This document shows positions 45,534 to 56,772 of a DNA stretch of 64,000 nucleotides, piece by piece (position 1 is the stretch's first letter; each line of letters starts with the position of its first letter). The notes under the pieces were generated by a model. The model was not told the origin of the DNA. It searched no databases and worked only from the letters and a program-made list of their open reading frames with translations. Position numbers and translations under genes: made by a program. Source of the stretch: Eledone cirrhosa (lineage: Eukaryota); the NCBI GenBank assembly GCA_964016885.1, contig OZ024762.1, positions 4,588,001 to 4,652,000 of the forward strand. The letters run 5' to 3'.

Positions 45534-46601
45534 AATATATGTATATAAATGCATATATATGAGTGTGTGTGTATATATATATATATATGTGTGTGTGCGT
45601 GTGTATAAGTATATCTGTATACATACTTATGCATATATAGCCTCTGTAGATATTTGCGAACATTATAGAAATGTTAAACATTTTATAAGCTATTTGTATA
45701 AAATACTTTCTGTTCTCTTATCATTGGGGAGGGTTTGCTATGTCTTCTTAATAGGAAACATTGCTTCTAGAGGTCATTGACAAACGAAAGTGGTGCCCAC
45801 TGTAACAAACGTGGGTGGAAACCACAGATACTATCTCATCTCAACACCTTGAGAAAGAAATACCACTTTCCCCTCCCCCGAAATTGTAAGTCTTATCCCG
45901 AAATCAGAAACCCCGCCGAGGTTAACTTTGCTTTTCATCCTTACGGGGTCGATAAAGTAAAGTACCAGTAATACACTGGGGTAAATGCTGGCCTTGTGCC
46001 AAAAGTAGAAACAATTATTTGCTATCTGCTCTCAACTGAGGCAAGGTTAACCTCGGCGGGATTTGAACTCAGATTGTAAGGGGACGTAACTATGCTGGAA
46101 AGCATGGCGTCCGACCCTCTACCCATACTGCCAATTCACCGGGAAGATTTTACATTATGAAAGCTATACCCATTTTCACAAGAGAAGCCATTTCTCACCC
46201 ACCCCAAAGCGGTTGGGAGATCCCCCCCGTCGGACTGGGAGAGTTGACAGGTCGGACTCAGAATTAACGGTGCAATAAACTGTCAATTATTGAATATTGT
46301 TGAAACCAAGGATACATATTAAATGGTAAAGTGACTTAATGCCGTCTGACGAACAGGGATGTTCCGATAAATATGTCTTTCCAAAGGCCATGAGAGATGT
46401 TAATGAAAAACAACGGATTCAAACAGGGGAATCAGGGCAAAGTCACACTGAGTAAGACGGTGGTGGTGGATGGAGGGGGGGGGGGAGACAGAAAGAGAAA
46501 GAAAGAAAGAAAGAAAAGGTAACAGATAAGTATGAGGAATGACAGGAGTATTAAGGCTTAAAGAGAAAATACATATTGGGGTTTTGTAAAACAATACCTA
46601 G

Positions 46602-46650
<49 letters not shown>

Positions 46651-46651
46651 G

Positions 46652-46746
<95 letters not shown>

Positions 46747-47271
46747 TCGTGTTACTGTATTTATAGATATGGTAGCTTGATACTTAAAACATATAGATGC
46801 CATTACTTGAAGTTATAAGGGAGCCGTGTATAAATAAATCCATGTGAGAATACTTTAATACTTAGTACATGTTGGTAGAGCTAGCATGTTTCTATGGTAT
46901 TCATAGAGAGAATGTGCGACGGCTGGCTGAGTCAGTCGGTGCAGACATTAAAACGGGACAGGGAGTCAAATGTTGGTCACTCGTCACTGATACAGCTCTG
47001 TATGTGCCCCTTGTTTAGCATAGTTAACTCACAGTCACCAGGTTCACTGAGATCCAGGTGACCACTGTGAGTTCTTCCAAGCCCAGAGAGACCCGGGTCT
47101 CTCTGGGCTTGAAGAAAAAATGGGTATATTTTTGTTTATTATTTCCTCGCATTTATAATTTGATAAATAGCTCTGATTAATTGATTACCTTAATTCTTTT
47201 GATTATTTTAATTCTTTTGGTCATTGAGCAAAAACTGGCCATAGCAGACACCACACACACATATACTAATG

Positions 47272-47330
<59 letters not shown>

Positions 47331-47764
47331 TACTACTATTTTGTCCAAAACTCCCTCATGGTAGAGTTTAACAGGTGAATACTGATTGCTTTTTCTAGTA
47401 AATACGGTACTCCCCAAAAGTCCAGCCTTCGCCTTCCTTCTTTGACCACTGTATCACGTGATAATTTCTCCCTCCCGAGAACTATGCAAAACAGTAGGCG
47501 AAACAGCAGTCGTGACTTTGAAGAAAAAATAGGCATATTTTTGTCTATTATTTCCTCGCATTTATAATTCAATATATATATATGATTTGTTACATCAACT
47601 GCACAGAGATATCTTTTTTTTATCTTATCAAACACAACCCGTCATTTAGATTGAGTGCTCTGATAACTTTGGGTATCTATTACGAAATTCAACAATATAT
47701 ATATATTCCCCCATTCCTTCCTCTCATCACTGTTTACTTTCTATTTATCTTCTATTTATAACTA

Positions 47765-47800
47765 TCTTCTGATGAAGGACTAGTGTCCAAAACGTTAAGA
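47765..47800 (+). ncRNA. Minimal Penelope-type hammerhead motif (core G>A, probably inactive)
   Basis: TCTT-CTGATGA-A-GGAC-tagt-GTCC-AAAAC-GTT-AAGA. Confidence 0.5.
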
Positions 47801-48416
47801 CTCTCTTCCTGCTATTTCAAGCGTTAAACTAATATATTTCTTCTATGTACTCTGCCGTTTGTTTTGTTTTGTTAATTTTGCTATTACTTTTACACACACG
47901 CACCCCACGCGCACGCACACGCACACGCACACGCACACACACACACACGCACACACACAAACACACACCCACACATATATAGGTCAGTAGAAACAGTTTG
48001 CATATCTCGCAATATTTTCATAATACTCTGACATTGAAACAAACTGCTGTTACCCAGTGTAAATGGTTACCTGGCTAGGGGGACTGGAGACTGTTATTGA
48101 TGCTGTTATGTTCATTGATATTTAACCCTTGGTCAGCACAGATTGAACTCACCAAGGATTCAAAGACGTTGCAACCATGACCATCCTGCCTCTAACTATA
48201 GGGTTGCATTATTTATTGGGTCCTTTCTTTTGTTATGAAAGTAGGGTGTTATATGTAGGAATTTGGAAATTATTTATAGCAGGCTTAGCGTCAACGTAGC
48301 GGTTCACTTGTTGACTTGTATAAATAAATATTATTACAAGAAGTGTACCACAAGTTAATCCCGAAATATCCAGTCTCCACCGACAGAGCCCGAGTGCTAT
48401 TAATATTTTGTATACA

Positions 48417-48454
<38 letters not shown>

Positions 48455-48466
48455 AATATATATATA

Positions 48467-48690
48467 TAACGAAGGAAATGTGGTGAGGAACTAGGTGGAC
48501 CATAACGCACCTAAGTACTCAATACTTAGGGTAGTAGAGTGGGTAATAGGAACGAGTAGGACCCCGACAGCTGAGCTCAAGCCGTTTCGACGGCTAATTC
48601 TGGACTAAAAAAAAAATAAATAAATAAATAAATAAAAATTAGCCGTCGAAACGGCTTGAGCTCAGCCGTCGGGGTACTACTCGTTCCTAT
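48467..48690 (-). mobile_element. Family A palindrome-headed element
   Basis: Nearly identical to the 36066 copy with an A-rich loop; flanked by (TA)n. Confidence 0.65.
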
Positions 48691-49308
48691 ATATATATAG
48701 AGAGAGAGAGAGGGGGGGAGAGGAGAGAGAGAGGAGAGAGAAAGAGAGAGAGAGAGAGAAGGGGGGGAGGTGAAATTGGAAATAGCATAGAAAATATATT
48801 TAAGGTTCTGTTTTTATTTTTATTTTTCCTTTTCTTTGATTCATCAAAGTGACATTATTGAAAAAATGAGGGAAAATTCTTTAAAAAAAGAGTTTTATAA
48901 AGTATATAAAGTATATAAAGTATATAAAGTATAACCGGTTTCGATGTATTAGTCAAATTCATCTTATGAAATGTTGGGAATTACAATTAAAAGGAATTAA
49001 TAAGAATTAAAAACTAAAAATAAAGATTTAAAATTCAGTGTTGAGATAAGTTTTTTTTTCATCTTGTTTGTTGAGAAGGAGACTGGAAAATGAACTCTTG
49101 GGTATATGGGTATATATATATAGAGAGAGAGAGGTGTGTAGTCATGCTAGCAGCAGCAGCAGCGGTGTTTTATTCACATAGAACAAAATTGTTTTTATGG
49201 ACAAAGGAGATATTCTGTAAATATGTGTGTATTTCAATTGCGTTAATTGGTTGGTCAAGAGTTCAGTGTATATATAAAGATACACGCACGTGTGTGGGTG
49301 TTTATCCT

Positions 49309-49356
<48 letters not shown>

Positions 49357-49544
49357 AGATTAAAGTTTAAGCAAAGAATCGCTCCTTTCACCCTATTCCC
49401 GGATCTTCTGAAACTCTTCAGATTTTGGTCTTCATAATTATTATTACTATATATATATATATATAATTTCTGCCGGACCGGCAACCGCTCTTTCAAACCA
49501 GTTCCTGTACACAGCTAAGTATTCTATAAGTCTCTAGCTGTGTC

Positions 49545-49633
49545 ATTCTCGATAAAAGCACTGGATATGTAGTCCTGATGATTTCTAACGAGAATGAAAC
49601 GCGTAGATTACTTCCCTTGCTTTTATCGAGAAT
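49545..49633 (+). ncRNA. Type I hammerhead ribozyme, copy 1 (predicted cleavage after GUA at 49605)
   Basis: Helix I GTAGTC(49569-74)/GATTAC(49606-11); core CTGATGA 49575-81; helix II TTCT-aacg-AGAA; GAAAC 49596-600; palindromic ACGCGT helix III; distal helix I 16 bp ATTCTCGATAAAAGCA(49545-60)/TGCTTTTATCGAGAAT(49618-33) beyond an internal loop. Confidence 0.85.
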
Positions 49634-49854
49634 CTAATTGTAATACGTGACGTATTCTATTCTATAGCGATTAGGTCTTCAAAATGTTTATTATAAACAT
49701 ACAGAATATTTTCGAATATTCTATGTCTATATTCACATATATATCGCTATTTCAGAGCATTTATTCCAATTTCTAATTTCTGCCGGACCGGCAACCGCTC
49801 TTTCAAACCAGTTCCTGTACACAGCTAAGTATTCTATAAGTCTCTAGCTGTGTC

Positions 49855-49943
49855 ATTCTCGATAAAAGCACTGGATATGTAGTCCTGATGATTTCTAACG
49901 AGAATGAAACGCGTAGATTACTTCCCTTGCTTTTATCGAGAAT
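49855..49943 (+). ncRNA. Type I hammerhead ribozyme, copy 2 (predicted cleavage after 49915)
   Basis: Identical to copy 1, offset +310. Confidence 0.85.
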
Positions 49944-50164
49944 CTAATTGTAATACGTGACGTATTCTATTCTATAGCGATTAGGTCTTCAAAATGTTTA
50001 TTATAAACATACAGAATATTTTCGAATATTCTATGTCTATATTCACATATATATCGCTATTTCAGAGCATTTATTCCAATTTCTAATTTCTGCCGGACCG
50101 GCAACCGCTCTTTCAAACCAGTTCCTGTACACAGCTAAGTATTCTATAAGTCTCTAGCTGTGTC

Positions 50165-50253
50165 ATTCTCGATAAAAGCACTGGATATGTAGTCCTGATG
50201 ATTTCTAACGAGAATGAAACGCGTAGATTACTTCCCTTGCTTTTATCGAGAAT
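50165..50253 (+). ncRNA. Type I hammerhead ribozyme, copy 3 (predicted cleavage after 50225)
   Basis: Identical to copy 1, offset +620. Confidence 0.85.
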
Positions 50254-50474
50254 CTAATTGTAATACGTGACGTATTCTATTCTATAGCGATTAGGTCTTC
50301 AAAATGTTTATTATAAACATACAGAATATTTTCGAATATTCTATGTCTATATTCACATATATATCGCTATTTCAGAGCATTTATTCCAATTTCTAATTTC
50401 TGCCGGACCGGCAACCGCTCTTTCAAACCAGTTCCTGTACACAGCTAAGTATTCTATAAGTCTCTAGCTGTGTC

Positions 50475-50563
50475 ATTCTCGATAAAAGCACTGGATATGT
50501 AGTCCTGATGATTTCTAACGAGAATGAAACGCGTAGATTACTTCCCTTGCTTTTATCGAGAAT
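50475..50563 (+). ncRNA. Type I hammerhead ribozyme, copy 4 (predicted cleavage after 50535)
   Basis: Identical to copy 1, offset +930. Confidence 0.85.
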
Positions 50564-50698
50564 CTAATTGTAATACGTGACGTATTCTATTCTATAGCGA
50601 TTAGGTCTTCAAAATGTTTATTATAAACATACAGAATATTTTCGAATATTCTATGTCTATATTCACATATATATCGCTATTTCAGAGCATTTATTCCA

Positions 50699-50754
<56 letters not shown>

Positions 50755-50760
<6 letters not shown>

Positions 50761-51038
50761 AACCGGATGACGTGTCCAGCCCATCTGAACTTGCTGCGCA
50801 TATATTCCGTGATGACGTCCCTCACGCCGGACTTCTGTCTGATGACTTCGCTCCTGATGTGCTCTCTCAACGAGATTCCTAGCATTGATCTCTCCATGGC
50901 TCTTTGAGCCGTTACCAGGCTCTGCTCTTCTCTCTTCGTTGTAGCCCAAGTTTCACTGCCATATAACATTGCAGGTAAAACTGTGCTATTGAAGAGGTTG
51001 GCGCGGGTGGTCTTGTCCAACCTCCCCTTGAGCACATC

Positions 51039-51040
<2 letters not shown>
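50755..51040 (-). mobile_element. RTE-clade LINE ORF2 fragment (post-RT region)
   Basis: Open frame DVLKGRLDKTTRANLFNSTVLPAMLYGSETW...QRAMERSMLGISLREHIRSEVIRQKSGVRDVI...KFRWAGHV, with the LYGSETW and WAGHV motifs of RTE ORF2. Confidence 0.9.
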
Positions 51041-51096
<56 letters not shown>

Positions 51097-51114
51097 GCGT
51101 GTGTGTGTGTGTGT

Positions 51115-51250
51115 CTCCCGAGTTCAATCGGGTGTAACCACAGTAAGTAAGGCACTCAATATATATAGCAAAGTATAAATATTTAATATAGAAATAGTTT
51201 CCACAGGACTAGAACTGTTTCATTCGAAGGAAATCATCAGGGCTTTCCTA
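51115..51250 (-). mobile_element. Diverged, non-palindromic copy of the same hammerhead-like family
   Basis: Minus strand CTGATGA-TTTCCTTCGAAT-GAAAC-AGTTCTAGTCCTGT followed by the TTACTTACTGTGGTTAC tail. Confidence 0.55.
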
Positions 51251-51314
51251 TATCAAGTATATATATACGTAGGTACATACATACTTACATTTCATACACG
51301 CATAAACACACACA

Positions 51315-51370
<56 letters not shown>

Positions 51371-51649
51371 TCTACCCGTACATTACAGTTTTAAGCCAGA
51401 GGTTAAATATAATATAGACTTTGAAAAGTAACAAACTATAAACCCAGTGAACTTTTATAGTACTGCTTGCTTACTTATATCGTATATTTTATAAAAGGAG
51501 AGAAGAGATGGTGTATTGTGTGTAATGAGGTATTTATAGTTGTGGTAAGTTGATGCCTGGAAGATATGTTTGCAGATAAGATGTCAGTTGTTTGAAAGGG
51601 TCCTCCCTTTATATAACTCCAGACCCCACCCTAATGATGGCTTTTATAA

Positions 51650-51719
<70 letters not shown>

Positions 51720-52329
51720 GGAGTTGTATAATACATACATATATTTACATATATGTATGTATTATACAACTCCCCATATATATATATATATATATATATA
51801 TAGAAAGATTTGAATGGATACAGTTTAGTTGAAAGGAATTTATTGACACGTGTTTCTATAACAGTTACATAACCTAAAACAGCTGCTATCTAATATTTAT
51901 ATTACAACACAACGGAAAATACTGTATATATATATATATATATATATATATGGGGAGTTGTATAATACATACATATATATGTCACTTACTCTCGGCAAAA
52001 GCAAAGAAGAGTGGTCGGCAGCCCTGTTTCTCGCTTGTTAGCGTTTATCAATCAATATATATATTTTTTCTTTTTTTTTTTACCGACTAATTCCTTGGAA
52101 AGGTCGTGGCGGCAAAGGCCTTAAACATGTCTTCCAACGAGTCATGTCAGAATCAATTATCTCCACAAGGTTGCATATCTCGAGACCCCCCAAAAGGGAG
52201 CAAATCTTAATATATATGTGTGTGCGCGTGTGTGTGTGTGGGGGGGGAGGTAAACAGAAATAACAACACAATCGGTACAGTATATGGAACGTATATATTA
52301 GGTTAACGCTTGATATAGCAGGCAGAGGG

Positions 52330-52365
52330 TCTTAACGTTTCGGACGCTAGTCCTTCATCAGAAGA
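52330..52365 (-). ncRNA. Minimal Penelope-type hammerhead ribozyme (intact core)
   Basis: Minus strand reads TCTT-CTGATGA-A-GGAC-tagc-GTCC-GAAAC-GTT-AAGA: helix I TCTT/AAGA, helix II GGAC/GTCC, loopless palindromic helix III. Confidence 0.7.
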
Positions 52366-52454
52366 AAGAATGAGAAATAAAATAGATTGAGGGGGCGGGC
52401 GGGATAGAATTGGAAAATATGTCTTTAGATAAAAATAACAGGTCAATTCATGTT

Positions 52455-52504
<50 letters not shown>

Positions 52505-52577
52505 AAAGTAAACGGAAACAACAAAGAAAACAAAATGCAATGAGGAAATAATATATTATTTTTAAGCGTGAACAGAC

Positions 52578-52610
52578 TTTATGTTTCGGACATTTGTCCT
52601 TCATCAGAAA
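52578..52610 (-). ncRNA. Minimal Penelope-type hammerhead motif (slightly degenerate)
   Basis: Minus strand TTT-CTGATGA-A-GGAC-aaat-GTCC-GAAAC-ATAAA; helix III G>A change. Confidence 0.55.
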
Positions 52611-52999
52611 TAAAAGATGAAATAGAAAGAGAGTGAATGAAAAGATATATGTGTGTGTGTGTGTGTGTGTAATGTTTGTATTACCACCATCATTACCACC
52701 ACCTCTACCACCACTACCAGCCCCAGCACCACCATTCCGTCACCCATAACCACTATTACCAGCACCACTAACACCACTACCAATAACACCACCACTACCT
52801 ACCATCAAAACCACCACCAACAACAACACTACCATCCAAATAACCACAACCATTGCTACCACCACCACCACCACCACCACCACCACCACCACCACCACCA
52901 CCTCTCTCTACAGGTACCACTATAAACATCAGCTGTAAGCAGCCAAGAAAACATATCTGAATCTAAAACGCAATTATGAAGCTTATTTCGCCAAACTAA

Positions 53000-53040
<41 letters not shown>

Positions 53041-53229
53041 TCTCTCCGCTGCAACGCCATTGCTATACACACACACACACATATACACTCACATACACAT
53101 ACACACACACGTATCTACTACAGTCCTTTTTTGTATTCTACGTGTATGTGAGCCTGTGTGTGTTCGAGCCCGCCCCTCCTGTGTATGTGTATGCGTGTGA
53201 GTCTAGCTCCGCCTCTGTGTGTATGCGTG

Positions 53230-53268
53230 TATGTGTATGCATGTGAGTGCATCCCCACCTGTGTGTGA

Positions 53269-53317
<49 letters not shown>

Positions 53318-53346
53318 CGTGTGAGTGCACCCCCACCTGTGTGTGA

Positions 53347-53384
<38 letters not shown>

Positions 53385-53853
53385 ATGCATGTGAGTGCAC
53401 CCCCACCTGTGTGTGAATGTGTGTGTGTGCATGCATGTGAGTGTACTCCCGCCTGTGTGTGAATGTGTGTGTGTGTGTGCATGCATGTGAGTGTACCCCC
53501 GCCTGTGCGTGTGTGTGCATGCATGTGAGTGCACCCCCACCTGTGTGTGAATGTGTGTGTGTGCATGCATGTGAGTGTACTCCCGCCTGTGTGTGAATGT
53601 GTGTGTGTGTGTGCATGCATGTGAGTGTACCCCCGCCTGTGCGTGTGTGTGCATGCATGTGAGTGCACCCCCACCTGTGTGTGAATGTGTGTGTGTGTGT
53701 GTGTGTGTGTGCATGCATGTGAGTGTACCCCCGCCTGTGCGTGTGTGTGTGTGTGTGCATGCATGTGAGTGCACCCCCACCTGTGTGTGAATGTGTGTGT
53801 GTGTGTGTGTGTGCATGTGAGTGTACCCCCGCCTGTGTGTGTGTGTGTGTGTG

Positions 53854-53950
<97 letters not shown>

Positions 53951-54026
53951 ATGTGAGTGTACCCCCGCCTGTGTGTGTGTCTGTGTGTGTGTGTGTGTGT
54001 GCATGTGAGTGTACCCCCGCCTGTGT

Positions 54027-54030
<4 letters not shown>
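53230..54030. repeat. Compound minisatellite: constant GCATGTGAGTG(C/T)AC(C/T)CCC(A/G)CCTG separated by variable (GT)n
   Basis: About 13 constant blocks in three alternating variants. Confidence 0.9.
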
Positions 54031-54081
<51 letters not shown>

Positions 54082-54637
54082 TGTGTGTGGTATGTTTATA
54101 TTGTTAATTGTGATGAGCTGGTTTTATATTCGATGCTGCTGAGAAGAGAGATAAAGAATTTGGTAAATACTACTTAAGTTTGGTAAATAGCTACTCCAGC
54201 TACTGTTGTTGTTGTTGTTGTTGTTTAACCCAGAGGCAGCAGTGCCCGATTTAGGACAAATGAGATCCCTTACTTGGACCATGAAAGAGTTAAACATGTT
54301 TGGTAGGAGGAAGATGGGCCCTCCCTGGTCAACGGGGCCTTAGCACAATGGTAAATCTGGCACTGTGTGTCAGCTGATGAAGGATATGTCTGGCATTGCA
54401 AGTTGTATGTAAAATATAAAACTTATACCAGCTGGCCGTTGTCAGAGCAGCATCAACATCCGCCCGGGATATATTACACTTTGAACAAAAGATATACACA
54501 ATATCTGTCTGAGGAGGTCGTATCGACTACATAATAGATTCCACTATATATACCAGTAACAAAGTAACCAATAAAATGATGTAAGATTCAAACACACTGA
54601 CTTCTTCTTCATTACTATACATACACATATATATATT

Positions 54638-54830
54638 AGTTTTAATATAGATGAGATTCTACAGGACTAGAACTGTTTCATTCTTTAGAAATCATCAGGA
54701 TTCCTGATGATTTCTAAAGAATGAAACAGTTCTAGTCCTGTAGAATCTCATCTATATTAAAACTTTTATACTCTGCAATGTATTGAGTACCTTACTTACT
54801 GTGGTTACCTCCGATTCAACCCGGAATAAC
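54638..54830 (+). mobile_element. Palindrome-headed Penelope-like element with back-to-back hammerhead-like cores
   Basis: 127-nt inverted repeat 54638-54764 centred at 54701, just 5' of CTGATGA(54704-10)-TTTCTAAAGAAT-GAAAC; unique tail containing GTATTGAGTAC and ending CCCGGAATAAC. Confidence 0.7.
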
Positions 54831-54894
54831 GTATGTATGTATGTATGTATGTATGTATGTATGTATGTATGTATGTATGTATATATATATGTTA

Positions 54895-55502
54895 TGTCAG
54901 GTCACCAGTTGGTGCTACTGGTAACATGTATCCCAGTACAACCTGTCTCATGGTCGGGTCGTTGGCGACTAAACTGGCAACCCCACCAAATTTCTTGGTG
55001 AGGAGGGTGACTTTGGACATCCTGCAGGACTAAAAACAAAACCTGTCAAAGGGCAAAGGAGCTCTTAAGAGTCAATGGCCATCCAAAATCACCGGGAGAG
55101 ATGACCCCTTAGCCTTTGTCAAGGCAGATTTCTAGGAGAAAGAAAACTCTGATATAACACCTGCAACCCTGATGGTATCCAATGATGTTGACTTGTTCTT
55201 CTTTTTGGTAAATATCATCTTGGTTAAGAGAGTGGGACTGGCTTTGTGCAGTGCCTTTGCTCACTATAAAAGCTTCACAGCACAGGCACTGCTTTATATC
55301 TGGAGATCTCTCTGCACTTGTCGTCACATGGTACCATGGGCCCAGCACTATGTGTCAATAATTGTCAGAGGTGTAGTGTTTGTACCAGAGTTTTCAAGTC
55401 AATGGCTGGACTAAAAAGTCACACGCGTTCAGCGCTTCGGTAGGGGTTCTCCTACATGGATATAAAGTAGTGGCCGTACTCGAAAACGAGTTGGCAGCCA
55501 CC

Positions 55503-55503
<1 letters not shown>
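54895..55503 (+). mobile_element. Bipartite RTE-derived element, copy 3
   Basis: Highly similar to copy 1 across its length. Confidence 0.8.
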
Positions 55504-55575
<72 letters not shown>

Positions 55576-55750
55576 TGTACATATGTGTGTGTGTGTATGT
55601 ACATCGTTATCTGATTGTGAATTGTAGGTTGAGTAGGATGACCCCTCGCTATGTAAACACAGATCTACTCTATATTATAAATTACCTCATAAGCTACCTT
55701 CATAAAGGCTGAATATTGCTGGTGCATGCAAAATTAATCTGTCCTAGTGG

Positions 55751-56080
55751 TTCTTCTTCTTGTGTCCACAAGTTGCAAAGTTGTGCTTCTGCCAAAGCTG
55801 AACACATTGCTGTCCTTTCTTATTTAAACTCTGCCAAGTCCAATGCTGTGCAGGGGTGTTCCAGCTGGGGGCATTTAAAGAGGTGGTGCTGCGTATTCTG
55901 TGGTTCGATTCCGCAGTCAAACAACGTACTCATCCTTTAAATATCCCCAATTTGCAAGAGTAACTTTTGCACGTTCTACACCAGATCTTAGTCAGTTTAG
56001 ACATTTCCACATTGCATAGTTTGTATCTGCTCCATTTGGTGAAGCTGTTGAAACTCATAACCTTCCACTGAACACACCAA
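55751..56080 (-). mobile_element. Degenerate Vingi/Ingi-like LINE 3' end
   Basis: Minus strand gives WKCLN*LRSGVERAKVTLANWGY then, frameshifted, DCGIEPQNTQHHLFKCP (Cys/His knuckle), ending in a (GAA)n tail. Confidence 0.65.
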
Positions 56081-56473
56081 CCGTAGGCCACGCGCCTTTC
56101 ACAACGCTAGTCAGCACAAGTATATTACTGGTATTATAAGGTAGGTTCGTACCAAACAGGATTTGGTTTAGAAGAAGGTAAGATAAAAAAGAAAGTGGCT
56201 TAGAATTTCTGGCAATTCAACCGCCCACCTGTAGCGATACAAACATACAAACATACCACTTATCACAACAACAACAGCAACAACAACATACAGACATACC
56301 ACTTATCACAACAACAACAGCAACACCAACATACAGCAACATACAACAGCAACAACATACAAACAGCAACATACAACAGCAACACCATACAAACAACTTT
56401 GTATCCAAAACATACGGAAAGCACATGGCAGAGTTCCAAACTGGATGTAAACAACAGTTTAAACTAGTTAACT

Positions 56474-56536
<63 letters not shown>

Positions 56537-56611
56537 ATATGCGTATATATATATATAGTGGTTTATATTAACATATACTCAACCATCCATCCATTCATAC
56601 ATACATACCCA

Positions 56612-56696
56612 CACAAAAATGTATACTCACTTAAACAGAATTTTAATAAATATTGCCTGTACAGGTAATCAAAGTGTGTATACATTTTTGGGGGGA

Positions 56697-56701
<5 letters not shown>
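56612..56701. mobile_element. Short Tc1/mariner-like MITE (partial copies ~979-1058, ~16200-16273, ~35745-35770)
   Basis: Terminal inverted CAAAAATGTATAC...GTATACATTTTTGGGGGACAC, shared core ATAAATATTGCCTGTACAGGTAATCAAAGTGTGTAT, TA flanks. Confidence 0.6.

Positions 56702-56772
<71 letters not shown>

Larger units (their letters stand above)
49464..50703 (+). mobile_element. Tandem array of 4 x 310-bp hammerhead-ribozyme-containing units (candidate non-LTR retrozyme)
   Basis: The marker TGCCGGACCG recurs at 49471, 49781, 50091 and 50401 (period 310). Units read identical, the array is flanked by (TA)n on both sides, and each unit carries a CTGATGA...GAAAC...GTA hammerhead core. Confidence 0.85.

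Noticed and set aside
53230-54030. Constant repeats separated by variable spacers, superficially CRISPR-like
   Set aside because: Spacers are just (GT)n of variable length; eukaryotic context with no cas genes. The 61-bp and 40-bp arrays likewise have no unique spacers.
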